DNA of 64,000 nt from contig CM060734.1 in NCBI GenBank assembly GCA_030704615.1, positions 12,090,001 to 12,154,000 of the forward strand, written 5' to 3'. The notes beneath the pieces were generated by a model. That model was not told where the DNA came from. It saw only the letters and a program-made list of their open reading frames with translations, and made no database searches. This stretch comes from Takakia lepidozioides (Eukaryota; Plantae; Bryophyta). This document shows positions 23,978 through 37,249 of this stretch, in pieces. The translations under genes and the position numbers were made by a program. Position 1 is the stretch's first letter, and each line of letters begins with the position of its first letter.

Positions 23978-24699
23978 CAGTGTTGGGCGGGTATATATGT
24001 TGACATATATACCGGGTAATAATCAGGGTATCATACTATTGAGACCCGCCACCCAATTTTTTGGTGGACCCGGCTTGAATTAGAACCGGAGAGGGCCATC
24101 TCACCACTTACCCGGCCCAAGCTCGAATTGGCGGGGGCCAACTTGGCTTACTACATGGGATCGAACTTGAACCTTGAAAATCGGTCGGGTAGTAACTTTT
24201 GAACAAGACCTTGAGATTTTATTACAACCTAGCTGCATTCATGGGTAATAATTATGCAGCCACATGGGGTCCGCATTTGAGACGACTGTTAGTCAAAGGC
24301 TTTTGGAAGGAAAACCATATATGGAGTTGCAGGCCGAGTTGGAGCACTCCTATCTCTTTTCTCTTTTCTGTTTTTCCCTTTTCTGAACCAATTCTGGTCC
24401 TCTTAATTGTGATTCTTCATATTTCATTTTTTTTCCCTTTGTTTTTTTCTTTCTTTCTGGTCCTCTTAAGATCTTAATGTATCATAACTGAAAATCAGGT
24501 TATATTGATAACCGTTGTATGGGACCTGGTGGTGTTCCACTTGGATAATGACATATTATTAACCTGAGAATTTTTTTTGGGGACCCTTCTATTGATAACT
24601 CTAACCGCAACCCTATATAACCGCCTCCATACCGTTTTAAGCAAAGATTCCTTACCAGACCCTTCAATATGCCCAAATTGTCATACCCGCCCAACACTG
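23978..24699. mobile_element. hAT-type MITE
   Basis: 17-bp TIRs CAGTGTTGGGCGGGTAT / ATACCCGCCCAACACTG; perfect 8-bp TSD GTTGAAAC at 23970-23977 and 24700-24707. Confidence 0.92.
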
Positions 24700-24719
24700 G
24701 TTGAAACTTGTGCATTGGC

Positions 24720-25430
24720 ATGTACGTCTGGGATTCAAACCCGTCTTCTGTCTCTCTGCCTTGGGGTTGGGGCTCTGCCTCTGTGATGCCTCCATGGCTC
24801 AGGAAGGGGGTTTCTTTTCCCCCTCAAGGCCCAGTTGCTGGATCTGGTGTTTCCACGTCCAGAAATTTCCAAAAACTGCAAGGTCAGATGTGCTCTTTTG
24901 CATGGAGGGGGGCCACGCAAAGTTGACTGCTACGTGGCCATCTCTGATTGGACAACACTCACCGGAGGGATTTGGAGTTTGAGCAATATTTCATAGTATC
25001 TTGTGGAGGTCAAATCTCAAATTCTAAATCTTTGTAACCCCCCCCAGAAACACATACAAAACACCCCCATGCTAAACCTGACATTTGCCCCTCATTTTTT
25101 GCATGGACATGTCATTCCTACCACAGATTAGGAATGTGTGGATTAAACACTCCAGAAAAATCTAAAAACCTCTCAAATTAGTTGGTCAAGTTAAAAAATC
25201 ATGTTTTCAGAAACATGAACAAAAAATTCATCCTCTCTAAAACCATGTAATCTCCCACATTTCATGGTGAAACAAGTTCATTTTGGGTGAGTGAATGCAA
25301 GTGCCAGGTGCGCACCTACGTGCAAGGTTAATTTTTCTAGATGATTTTTGATAGGTAGTTAGTCTCATTTTACTGGGCATGGATAATAAATTTTAGGTGT
25401 CAAAAAATGAACCATGTAGGAAGTTAAGGG
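24720..25430. mobile_element. Second, 5'-truncated member of the TTAA/CCCT TIR family
   Basis: Right end GTAGGAAGTTAAGGG followed by TTAA (25416-25434); internal motifs (GTTGACT..TACGTGGC, ACACATACAAA, AAACCTGACATT) are shared with 14672-15464; no left TIR found. Confidence 0.7.
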
Positions 25431-26669
25431 TTAAGCGTTAGATGATCTCCTGATAGTCCAAGAAATTCACTAGGAATTTAGAATATGATGCAAATAGCCT
25501 ACTGGCATCTCTCCGAATATTCATCAATAGGTAATCATAGCCCAATAAACAAAAGGCAGGACGATTGAGTTGGCAGGGTTAGTCAGTGATTCTCGAACAA
25601 TCCTATTTTGTTTTTTGTTGGCAGTTTATCTACCAGAAAATCTAACAAATGAAAACTTTCAGCCAAGGTGGCAACAAGGCAGGGTGTGAGGTAGGTGTGA
25701 CCTTCTCTCTTCCTCCCCCCCGGACAACTTGGGTTCACAGTATTAATTTGAGGAACTGAGAAACATTTTGTGTTGATGCTGACGGTAAGTAGACCAAGTG
25801 ACTCGGATCTTGGGACGATTACAATTACGATGGGAAGGCGGCGCGAGGATCCGTTTTACAAAAGATAGAAGGATGCCAGACCACCATTTCTAGACATAAG
25901 TGGAAGAACGAGTTGCATATAGCAATAAAGTATTTAATAGTTTATCTTTATATTTTAATTATTTTTAAAGTTATTTTTAGTATTCATCTTTTTAGTCATA
26001 ACCTAAACTTATTAGAATCATTAAAAGTTATATTACTGTATGAATTAAATCAACACATGTTTACTATTAAAATAATAATAAAATATTCAAAATTTAACTT
26101 TTATACAACCAGTCACTTGTAACTACACAATGCTCTTAAACATGTAACAATCAAGTATATTATATATATATATTCAAAGATCTATCACACAACATTCAGT
26201 CTCACTTTCATTTTCTAAACATCTAAAGATCGGACATGTAACAATCTGATTCTAAGTATTTCAATCTATTTTTTTCTTTCTACTGTAATTAATTAAGAGA
26301 GTCGGACTATAGGCAATTTTGTCAAAAACTGCGGAAGATGTACAGATATGTTGGAAGATGCTAAGCGAGATCATGAGAGACTTGAAAACTCTAAAAGAAA
26401 AGAAAATTTCCTAAGGGAAAAAAAATAAAAAAATACTATAATAAATGTATCAACTTTAGTCATTATATTTATGAATCACATATACTATTTATTGGTATGT
26501 ACCGACAAAATTGGTAGGTTGTCATCATTTATTATAATTAAAACAAAAACTTTATTTTCGATAAATGTTCATACATCCATTTGTAATGCACTGACATCCT
26601 TTTTTGAAATAAACCTTTACGTGTTAGTACCTATGTTAAAAATAGAAAAATAGTAAGATATTATTTATA

Positions 26670-27795
26670 ACTGCCCTTAGGACTCCTTGAGATTGCCCTA
26701 AGGGAGAAAAAATAGAAATATGTAAATTATTATTTATAATTTCCCTTAGGACTGCTTAGGGCGGCCCTAAAGAGTCCTAAGAGGGGGGAAATGAAAACAT
26801 ACATATTATTATTTATAATTACCCTTAGGATTCTTAGGACAGTCCTAAGGAGTCATAAGAGGAAAAAAATGGAAAGACATAAATATTTGTCCTTAAGACC
26901 CGTTTAGGCAGCCTAAGGGGTTATAAGAGGAGGAGAATGGAAACATATAAATTATTATCTATAATTGCCCTTATGACTCCTTAGGGCGGGTTTAAGGAGT
27001 CCTAAGAGGGGGAAAATATAGATATATAAATTATAGGAAAATAAAAACATATACGTTATTATTTATAATTACTCTTATGACTTCTTAGGATAGTCCTCAT
27101 GAGTCCTAAGACGAGAAAAATGGAAAGACATAAATATTTGTCCTTAAGACCCGTTTAGGCAACCTAAGGAGTTATAAGAGGGGGAAAATGGAACATATAA
27201 TTATTATCCATAGTTGCCTTAGGACTCTTTATGATTGCCTAAGGAGTCCTAAGAGGGGAAAATAGAAATATATAAATTATTATTATAATTGCCCTTAGAA
27301 CTCCTTAGGGCCGCCCTAAGCAGTCCTAAGAGAGGGGAAAATGAAAACATATAAACTATTATTTATAATTATCCTTAGGGCTTCTTAGGACAGTCCTAAG
27401 GAGTCCTAAGAGGAGAAATGGAAAGACATAAATAATTGCCCTTAAGACCCGTTTAGGCAACCTAAGGGGTTATAAGAGGGGGAAAATGGAAACGTATAAA
27501 TTATTATTTATAATTGCGCTTAGGACTCCTCAGGACGGCCCTAAGGAGTCCTAAGAGAGGGGAAAATAAAAACGTATAAATTATTATTTATAATTACCCT
27601 TAGGGCTTCATAGGACAGTCCTAAGGAGTCATAAGATGAGAAAAATGGAAAGACATAAATAATTGCCCTTAAGACCCGTTTAGACAACCTAAGAGGTTAT
27701 AAGAGGGGGAAAATAGAAACATATAAATTATTATTTATAATTGCCCTTAGGACTCCTTAGGGCCGTCCTAAGGAGTCCTAAGAAGGGGAAAATTG
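26670..27795. repeat. Tandem repeat, ~70-80-bp monomer with CTTAGGACTCCTTAGGGC..CCTAAGGAGTCCTAAG hairpin; higher-order 3-4-mer
   Basis: About 15 monomers; the variant monomer TAAGACCCGTTTAG recurs at ~26894, 27146, 27443 and 27670. Confidence 0.92.
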
Positions 27796-27799
27796 ATAC

Positions 27800-28770
27800 T
27801 TCTTTTCAATAGTTTCATTTGTCTTTGTTCTTCACTTTTGGTTCTCTGTTTATGTTTCTTTCTAATTTCTATTCTTTGTGTGAGTTTTTCGATAGAATAG
27901 AACTTTCTCTTCTTTTTTTCTCTTTCATTCTGTTGTCTTTTTTTCCTTTGAAAACTCTATAAATATGCAGAACGAGGGTCATTTCCTTCACTTTCTTCTA
28001 CAAGCAAGCTTTTTATATAGAATAGAATTGTCTCTCAATTCTGCTCCTTTACCATCGTTTGTGTTTCTTCTTTGCTTCTGTTGTTTGTTTATGTTTCTTT
28101 GTTCTCTTGGTTCTGTGGCAAAATAGAACTGTCTCTTCTCAGTAGCCCTCATTTGTTTTTTTCTTTCACTTTCTGTTCTTTGTTTATGTTTCTTTCTAAT
28201 CTCTGTTCTTTGTACTTTTGTGTGAGTTGTTCAGCGGAATAGAACTTTCTATTCGTTCTTTCTCTTTCCTCTTTGTTTGTGTTTCTTCTTTGCTTTTGTT
28301 GTTTGTTTATGTTGCTTTGTTCTTTCGGTTCTGTGGCAAAATGAACTGTCTCCTAGTTCTAGTTCTAAGTAGCCTTCATTTGTTTTTTCCTTTGCTTTTT
28401 GTTCTTTGTTTATGTTTCTTTCCGATCTCTATTCTTTGTATTTCTATGTGAATTGTACAGCAAAATAGAACTTTCCATTCTTTCTTTCTCTTCGTTCTTT
28501 ATCTTTCGTTTTGTTTTGTTCCTCTTCGTTTGTCTTTCTTCTTTGCTTCTGTTGTTTGTTTATGTTTCTTTGTTCTTTCGGTTCTGTGGCAAAATAGAAA
28601 TGTCTCGTAGTTCTTCTGAGTAGCCTTCATTTGTTTTTTTCTTTCACTTTCTGTGTTTGTTTATGTTTCTTGTTTTATCTCTGTTCTTTGTATTTCTGTG
28701 TGAGTTGCTCAGCGGAATAAAACTTTCTTTTTTTTCTTTCTCTTCGTTCTTTCTCTTTCGTTTCGTTTTC
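27800..28770. repeat. T/pyrimidine-rich tandem repeat, ~220-250-bp unit
   Basis: GTTCTGTGGCAAAAT at ~28110, 28328 and 28581, with repeated TTTGTTTATGTTTCTTT. Confidence 0.85.
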
Positions 28771-28779
28771 TTCTATCAT

Positions 28780-29650
28780 ATTTGACACACTATCAGATAA
28801 CTACCAAAACCACTATCTTATATTTCCAAGAAATCATCAAAATTCATTACACTGTGATTATGCCACTTTAAATGTTACATCATAATCTATAGTGTATATG
28901 ATATTCAAGCATGATATCAATATAGTATATACAACTTAGAGAAAATAAATAAATAATTATAATCAGAATTATATATCTAATATATATAAGTATATAAAAT
29001 GTTTATAGTATATTAAATAAATAAATTTAATAATAAAGTAAATATATTTTAAAATCTAGCTATAATCTAACGACGTTGCTACATAAATCAACTATCATTC
29101 TATCCATCAACGAGTCAATTATCATTCCATCCATTATCATAAATCAATCATTATTAGTTACAATCATGTGTTATTTTTACTTACTACATAATTATTTATT
29201 CATATCACTTTATATCTTACCATTACATTTTCATATTTCAAATTTAAAATCTTAAATATTTATATTATTTATTTAAAAGAACTAAAATTATAATATATTT
29301 ATTTATTTAAACATAATGATATATATTATATATTATAAAATAAAATATATTATCAATTTATATCATGCTTTCAATGTCAGATTCATCATTCCAATTTAAA
29401 TCTAATCAATCAAGTTATCTATCATATTACATCTCAAAAACTTCAAATATTTCAAATATACTATTTATATTAACTAATTTATGTAACGAATAATAATTAA
29501 TATAATATATATTAAATACTTTAAATTAAATCTATATATAATATATAATGTATAATACTATATTATATCATGTTTTCAACCTCAGATTTCATCATTTCAA
29601 TAAATTCAAAATCCATTCAATCATATTATATTTCAAAATCTCCAATTTTT
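28780..29650. other. Extremely AT-rich low-complexity tract
   Basis: Composition by inspection; no listed ORFs. Confidence 0.8.
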
Positions 29651-30934
29651 TTAACCTTTATGGTTAGTCTTGAAGGCCTTTTGGGCCATAATTTTGTATG
29701 CTATAATGGATAGCTATAAGGGTTCGAATCCCTATACAATTTTTTTTCTTTTTTTGGAAAACCAGTGCTGAAACCAGTCCATCGTTAGAATAAATGTAAA
29801 AAATATGTTAAAGTTTATCGTCTTCGTCATGGTTGACCGATTTGTTTTCCTGCTCTATGAAATCCTTAGAGCGGCTTAGAACGTTATAAGGGATCCTTAC
29901 AACGAGTAAATAGCAATTTAGTTTTTTTAAAAGTTTTTTAAAGTTTTTTTTTCCCCAATTTAAGAGATCCTTACATTGGCTCCAAGGGATCATTAGAACA
30001 AATGTAATAAATATGTTAGGGTTTTTCTTCTTGGTCATAGTTGACTGTTGAGGCCGTATGGCACCCTTTGAGATTTAACTCTTCTTCCCCTTCAATAATT
30101 CAACTATTAACAATATAGTTATTTGGCTAAAAATAATGTGATTTTTGGCTAAAATATATTAGGGTTTAGCCAGAACTTGTCGACGTGGCCTTCTGTCTTG
30201 ACGAGAAACAAAAACTTGGCACTAGCTGGCATCCTAACTAGTACGTGCTGTCCGAGAGTTGCATACTAAGTTAATCTGCGTTCTACTTTTTGACTTACTA
30301 TGATAAATGTAGTCCTGCCATTGCATAAAAGCCTCGTACTTGTGTTATTAAAACAAATACCACTCCATTACTGTTGCGAATAGTTGACTAGTATACGTAC
30401 CATCAGTATACTCATTGCCAAGCTGCAGTCCGTGTTAATCAAAATCAAAATTACAGACACCCAATCGATAGTTTTGTTTACTGTGATATCGTTGGGAACT
30501 ATCCCCCCTGCCGCTCTACACTCCGTCCACATAATCCTGTTACAATACATTAACATTAACATTAACAACATAATTTATCTCGCAACTCGTACCATCATTG
30601 TGGATTGTTCAATGCCTTCAAGTCGACTGCTTTGTACCAACTCATCCCAAGTTGCTTTTGGTAGCCACAAATGTTTTTGTGGGTCGTCCAGACTTGTTGT
30701 GGGTAACGTAGTGCGGTGCATCGCTCGCCCAACAAGCAAGCGATTGTGCTCGCTTAGCTGTTGAGTCACGTGGGTTATTTTTTTCAATAAAGCCAGGGTT
30801 TGGCTTAAATGATGTATCATTAGCTTTGTGGAAAAGTATTGTTTAAGGTTGCTAGAATCTCACAAAATATTAGCACTTGATGGAGAAATGATGTTGCAGA
30901 TTGCATTATTATAATTCATGCATGGCTGGCTTCT

Positions 30935-31005
30935 ACCGAAGCTCAGTTGGATAGTAAACTGGGTGCCACCAAGTGAGTCTGGGTTCAAATCCTGCTACCA
31001 CCCGG
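30935..31005 (+). mobile_element. tRNA-derived sequence (SINE head or tRNA pseudogene)
   Basis: A-box-like AGCTCAGTTGGATAG (30940) and B-box GGTTCAAATCC (30982) at tRNA-like spacing; no intact cloverleaf. Confidence 0.5.
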
Positions 31006-34000
31006 TTGCCCGGTTACCCCAGTTATACTAACTGGAGTTGGTTATGTAACACCAGAGATTAAGTAAGCAGTCAGTCAGTGAGTCACTAATCCACAGCCGC
31101 ATTTGTGACCTAAACCATAAATCACGGGTCTTCAATAGTGGAGGGCGGCAGCGCCCGTGCGCCGGCAAATTAAAGGGCCACCCTCTGCTCACGTCACCCG
31201 GTACCGCAGCCTAATTAGTGAGTTGGCCACAGCTTAGTGGGATTTGTAGTGTAAACAGGGGTATGGTTAGGAGTAAGTGGGAGGGATTAGTGATAAGCAA
31301 ATCGTGCGGTTTTGTACTGTGCACAAGGACACGCGGCGCGCAGCGCGAGTGTTTGCCACGTGCCAGAGGTGCGTTGGTGGAGCCGTCAAAGTATTATTAT
31401 TTTGCCGTTTTCTGGTTTCCCGCCCGGCGCCGCCATCATGCGCTCCCTGCGGGATGCTTGTGATGGGAACGAGTTCCCAGAAAACATCGCTGGAGTCACG
31501 CTGACAGAGCGCATTAGTGAGCGCGGATGAGTGTTTAGTGAGGACACGTTGAGAGTGTGAGTAGGGTACAGTAAACGCCAGCCATGTCTGCATGTCTTTT
31601 AACCCTTAAACGCCCAGTGCCATGGTTTGACTTTTTCAGAAAACATGACCCCTCTAGTGAAAAAAAGGTGTAACTTTCAGAAAATTAACTGTTTAAAGAA
31701 CTTGACAGTATAAGGAAAAATGAGAAAGCTGAAACGTTGTAGCCGGTGATTGTTTTGATCCATGGATGTGGTGCATCATGGCAAAAGTTTAGGATTGAGA
31801 ATTTAATCAAGTCAGTACAAGGTCGGTCATTCATCTAGTCTTCAGAGAGCAAGGACTTCGGCATTTGAGGGCACAATTCATCACACCATCGCCCATCTCT
31901 CTCACATCTGTGCATGTTATAACGAAACATGGCACTATAGTAAGTACCCCACTTGGCAGTCACGCATAACCATTGTCAACTGAAATCAATAAAAACTTGA
32001 CATTATGACGCAGAGAAAACTTGCCCAGAGATTAACTTACAAGTAGCTTGTTGAGCACCCAACACCAGACAAAAGCGAGCTGATGATTGATGCAGAGGCA
32101 TGCACATTGAGGGGTGGTGAGGGAAGGCACACTGCCCCCAAGCATGAAATGGGGGGAAAGCTGCAGCACACAGTAACTTATGTCAGTGTAGCAGGTAGGA
32201 TCGGAGGAGAAGGCATATTCTACACACCCACACAGTCTTCTAGGCAGCATTCAGTCTTCTTCCAGTCTTCTACTTGCAGGAAGTGTACCATGAGCACAGG
32301 GGTGGGGCAGTGCGCAGGGGTTATGTGGGTCAGGCTATACGTAGATCACTATAGGGGCCGTTGAGAATCAAAGCTCCACCATAGTCAGAGGGAGTGCCGG
32401 CCCGAATGTATGTCCTATGACGTTTAACATTTTTTAACGCCATCACGTTAACTTTATGTTGCATACCCACCTGGTGCCCCCTTTATGTTGCAGTCCCTAC
32501 AAGATCCCCATCTGGGCTTTGGTGTTTTAGCTTCCGCCCTTCTTTGCATCCAATGTATCGATCCTCCTGGTATTAAATATTTTCCCACACCTTGGGAGCC
32601 GCCTGCCTGGGTATCAGCAAGTGTTGGCGAGTAATGAAGGGACCTTCTACTTCGCTTCTCTTTGGTTTTTGCAGTTGGGGTTCATCTCCATCTCTGGCCT
32701 CGAATCTCCTATAACCTCCACTCTGTAGAGAGGGTACCGGGACAAATGTTTATATGAAAGGTCAGCCATATGGAAATTATGCAGAAGAAGCAAAAAGAAA
32801 ATGTTAGGAGTGTAGATAAGAGGTACAGAGGGTTGGAAGAAAGGTGAAATAACATATGCTGTATAGCGCAACAAATCTTTGTCATGTTCTATCCGCCCGC
32901 TTATTAATCATTGTGTATTGTCAACTTCCTTTTACTAGATCTCACCCTACATTGCAACACTGCTTGGTCTCCGAGTTTGGATTCCCCTTGAGAATAGTGC
33001 CTTCAACTATTTCCAATTCTACTGGGATTTAGAAAACTCTACAGCTTATCTCGGGGATTCGATCACTGCCGCGCCAAGTGGAGCTAAATTAGACATTTTC
33101 CTTTTATTAATATAAACTATGATCAGCTACATCATATTTCTCCACAGTTTTATAAAGACGCTATGTTTTTATTTTTTTATTTTTCACAAACAGGGGACGG
33201 AGGCAATGTTTTTCTTTTGAAATTCGGAAAAAAGCCCGAGTAGCTACAGAGTTTTGCAAAAACTAGGCGTACGTTCTGTTCATCCATTCAAATTAGGATA
33301 GAATCATCCACATCCATAACTTTTTTTTGGGGGAGAAATTTGACGATTTCATTCATTAAAGAAAGAATCTTCGACAGAATATTATTTTTTATTTTTTGAG
33401 GTCGCAATTTGGCGAAAATTCGCCAAATAAAAAACCGAAGGACGGAGGCCCTGGAGAACTTTATTGAATTGCTCATTATTGAAAGGAAAAAATTAAACCC
33501 TTTGCGTGCCCTTAGGCTGCCATAAGGCATAGCTCACGGAAGGCCGTGCCGGATAACTTAGGAACCATATTCATAAGACCCGATGTAAAACCTTGGGAGA
33601 TAGCATGCCATGAAGGGCCAGTATCCCACAACTATGACCATAGCAGAAATAGACTTAAACTGGTTGGGACCCAGAACCAAGAAACTGAAGCGATTTTAAT
33701 CTGGAAAGCTAAAAACCGACAAGCAGGGGCCTGGAGGCCGAGAGGGAGATGGCTAGAAAGAGACCAGGGGCTTGAGAGGGGAGGAGACCTGGGAGGAGTG
33801 GGGCAGGAAGAGGAGAGGGGCAATTGAAATATGAAAGAGAGAGGTAGGGTCAACGAAAGGGTGACGCTATTATCTTATAAAGAGAAGCGTTTTTATATCG
33901 TGAATAAACAAGTAGACTAGGCCAGATCGGACCCCTGCTACTTTATTCTCTGATCCCAGACAACCCATCATTTCAAGATTTTATGTTCTCGGGGATTGTG

Positions 34001-36370
34001 CCAAAAGAGATGATGATCATTGCTTTAGGGTTAAAGCTGAAAGTAGCTGAGTAGGTGACCAACCCGAAAGGAAGTCCTAAATAAGGAATTGAACCCGGAA
34101 ACGCCAATTTCCCGGGAAGTTGCTTAGGGAAACGGGAACACGTTCCCGTTTCTACCGCGTGGTCTGGTCAGCGTCGCGGAAGTCAGCCCACGCGGTCAGT
34201 TAGAGCGTAAGAGCATCCCCACTCTACGCCTGTATGGACCCCTGCACCCGTACTTCTCGTAAAATCGCCGCCAAACGTACCCTTGCCCCGCTACCCTATA
34301 CGCCGTTCAGGGCGGGCACTGAACCGCCTCTCTTTCACTGTATCCGTGCACGATATTCAGTCCCTGAACCCGTCCCTGAACCTGAGTCGTCCCAACCAAG
34401 GAGATGTCAGAGCGCACCTCCACGCCTCTCGCTTCCAATCCTGCATTGAAGGCAGGCGATGGGTCCCAAACGTGATATGAGAACATCGCTGGAAACTCCA
34501 GCAAGGCAGGAACATACGATGCAGGGGCGTAACAAGGGGCATGGGTGTGGCTACGAGCAGTTGACCCCTTCACACACCTTTCGAGAGTCCTGAACCAACC
34601 CCTTCACAATAGATGTCGAGGGGCCATTTCAGTGAGAAGGGTGGGGATGCTCTAAGAGCATGCCCAGCAGGCGCTCTATCTGGGGCGCTATCGTCAACAT
34701 AGCGCGGCCACCGAGATCGCGCATCCCCAGCAGCACTTTCACGCGCTTCAAAATGGTGAGCCTCACCAAAAATCGTCGCACTCCCGCGCTATCTTCCTGC
34801 CCATTGGTGTGTGGCATTCTCCGCTACCTACAGCTCAGCCTCACACATAATGACGAGTGGCGGGACAGGCGGCGGGGCCCACGGTCACCTCAGCCTGCGC
34901 CATTACTCCACTTCGGTTATGGTGCGTTGCTGCTGAGGCTCTTGCCAGCAGACGCGCTATCTAACTTGCCTGCCTCACCATATGCCTCACGAGCATGGTG
35001 ATAGCGCGGCAGTTTAGTGAGCCTCTGCTGGGCATGCTCTAATAAGTTGGCGGAAGTGGCGCGGTAAACATATGAAACGGCCGGGCCACGAACAATCAGC
35101 GCCGCCTGGCGGCGGCCGCTGCGGGCGGCTGGGCGGCGCTGCTACGTGACAGCGTAAGGTAGCGCCATGTTTGGGAGGCCTTTCCACCTGGCTGCAGTTG
35201 GTGGGCTGCGTGTTGATGCTCACGTCCACGTGGCCTGTGTGGCTCCACAGCGCACGCACACGCATCAGGGCAGACAAGGCAGGCAAGCAGCAGACATGGC
35301 CAAACGTTGGTGAGTGTGGAGTTGGCGCTTTATTGAGGGGGGCGTGGATTTGGTCCGGTGTGGTCTTCATCATCCACATGTTGGTCTGGATTTGGGGGCA
35401 GATCTCACCCTAATTCATCTCGTATTATGTTGATTTACCTGAGCAACATTTAAGGTTGCGTGACTTCTACAGTAACTTAGATCTTTTTTTGGATACAGTT
35501 TTGCTTTTGGCGAATTGATGAAGCGTTTGAAATGAGCGCAGTCGCATGCCAAAATCTAGCCGAGCATGAGCATAACGAATCTTGTCTCACGAGGGCGAAC
35601 TGGCACTGTTCCTCGTCCAGTGCGTAGGCAACGCTGAGGTTGGTAGTGTTTGTAGTTTGTACCCGGCCCGGGTTGTGAAGCCTTAAACGGAAGGATTGGG
35701 CAAGCAAGAGCCCACAAGCGAATAAAGAAAACATTGAGAATGTGGCAGAGATTGTGGGTGGGTTAGTTAGAAAGGCAAAGGGGGCGGTCATTAGAGTAGT
35801 TCAAAAGACGTCATAACTGACTGGCACATGCACTAACCGAGTCACTAACCAGCACTTTAAGACTGAGAGCGCCGCATGTAGTTACAACAATCTGGCCACA
35901 TCTACGCGCGCGCTCCCCTGCCACCGCCCCGTTCACGCCGCGGTTCACCGCGCGGCCATCTATCAGGGCAATAGCCAGAGGTTTCCCCGGTGACTCCCCT
36001 CATGTGGAAAGGACAGATCATCCATTGACTCGACAGTTCAGCGAAGGGCCCACCCGTCAAGACGCGGCGGGCCGGGTCGGGCGGGGGCACGAGGGGTTCG
36101 GGCAGTGGGGATACGAGGGCGGGCCGGGACTCCACTGGGTCGAGAATACCGGGATTCGGGATCGCGGGTGCCAGCAATCCCCGCCGGTGAGGATTCAGGA
36201 GGTTGACGCGGTTTGGGGGGGGGGGGGGGGGGGGGGATTATTATCACCCATCTGCCCACCGCCCTCGCTTCCTAATACGACCTTAATCCTAGCATGGCTG
36301 TGAGCGACTTGATGGGGGGGGGGACAGAATCAGCTTGCTTGTATGTGACTCGTCTGACTATCGAAACTAA

Positions 36371-37218
36371 GGCCCGCTTTACACTAGGGCCCAAGCCCAA
36401 GCCCAAGTGATAATGGAGCACTCCCATTGGCGGAGGCCTGAAAATTGGGCCCAACGGCTTTACACTACGGCCCGAGCCCAAGAAAATGGAAGTGGGTCAT
36501 TTGCCTACATGGCACAAGTTTTGGCGCCAACTACCCTCTTAAAATGGAGACCCAAGTCTCAGCTCTTGGGCCCAAGAAGTTTGGTATTAAAATAGACTAT
36601 TTTTGTGCGATCATGATTGTTTGATCATGACCCTTGAAGTTGGCCCAAGACCAGCCTAAGCAGGGTTTTTTTTCCATTTTGGCTAAGAAGCGTAGATGGC
36701 TACAAAATTTGAAGGCTAAGTGCAAAGGTGGCAATGACATAGATGCTTAGCTAAAAATCAACTGGCTACAGGCTATTTCATTTGCATGCAATATGGCGAT
36801 TTGAGCCCACTCACAATCTGAAATCTAAAATAATTAATCAAAGAAGTCCAAAGATGGCCAGCAAAAACCATAGCCTCAATTTCAAATAGCAAGGGTCCAG
36901 GTCATGCTCCATGGCGAGCTCTCCACTGTTGATCGCGCAATGGGGCGACAGCCGCTAGATGTAGGGCTGTGGGGAGCGTGTATTTCTGGCGCAATATGCA
37001 TGTTCCCCTGGAGCTTTCTGGCACCAGCCCGTGCGCGCGCCCCTATTTTCTGGCGCATTTTTTGTTTTTTTTCCCAGGATTTTACATAGGGCTGTCGCAG
37101 CCCTTTGTTTTTTGTCGCTTTTAGGCTCCATTTCGCCTAAAAAAGAAGCGCTGAGCCCAAGAGTGGTAGAAATTGGGCCCAGGATTTCTTGGGCTTGGGC
37201 CCTAGTGTAAAGAGGCCC
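36371..37218. mobile_element. PIF/Harbinger (Tourist-like) MITE
   Basis: 31-bp TIRs GGCCCGCTTTACACTAGGGCCCAAGCCCAAG (2 mismatches); TAA on both flanks. Confidence 0.9.
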
Positions 37219-37249
37219 TAATAATTGACTGTGTGAGCTTGCCAATCCG

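Noticed and set aside
30368-30820. Minus-strand exon-like fragments
   Set aside because: Splice-like signals are present, but I could not build a consistent frame or recognise a family.
30935-31005. Functional tRNA gene
   Set aside because: Acceptor and anticodon stems do not pair.
31599-31620. TTAACCCTTAAACGCCC as another piggyBac-like left end
   Set aside because: No matching right TIR found in the window.
36214-36237. Poly-G tract as a functional G-quadruplex element
   Set aside because: Simple homopolymer, with length unreliable in assemblies and no supporting context.
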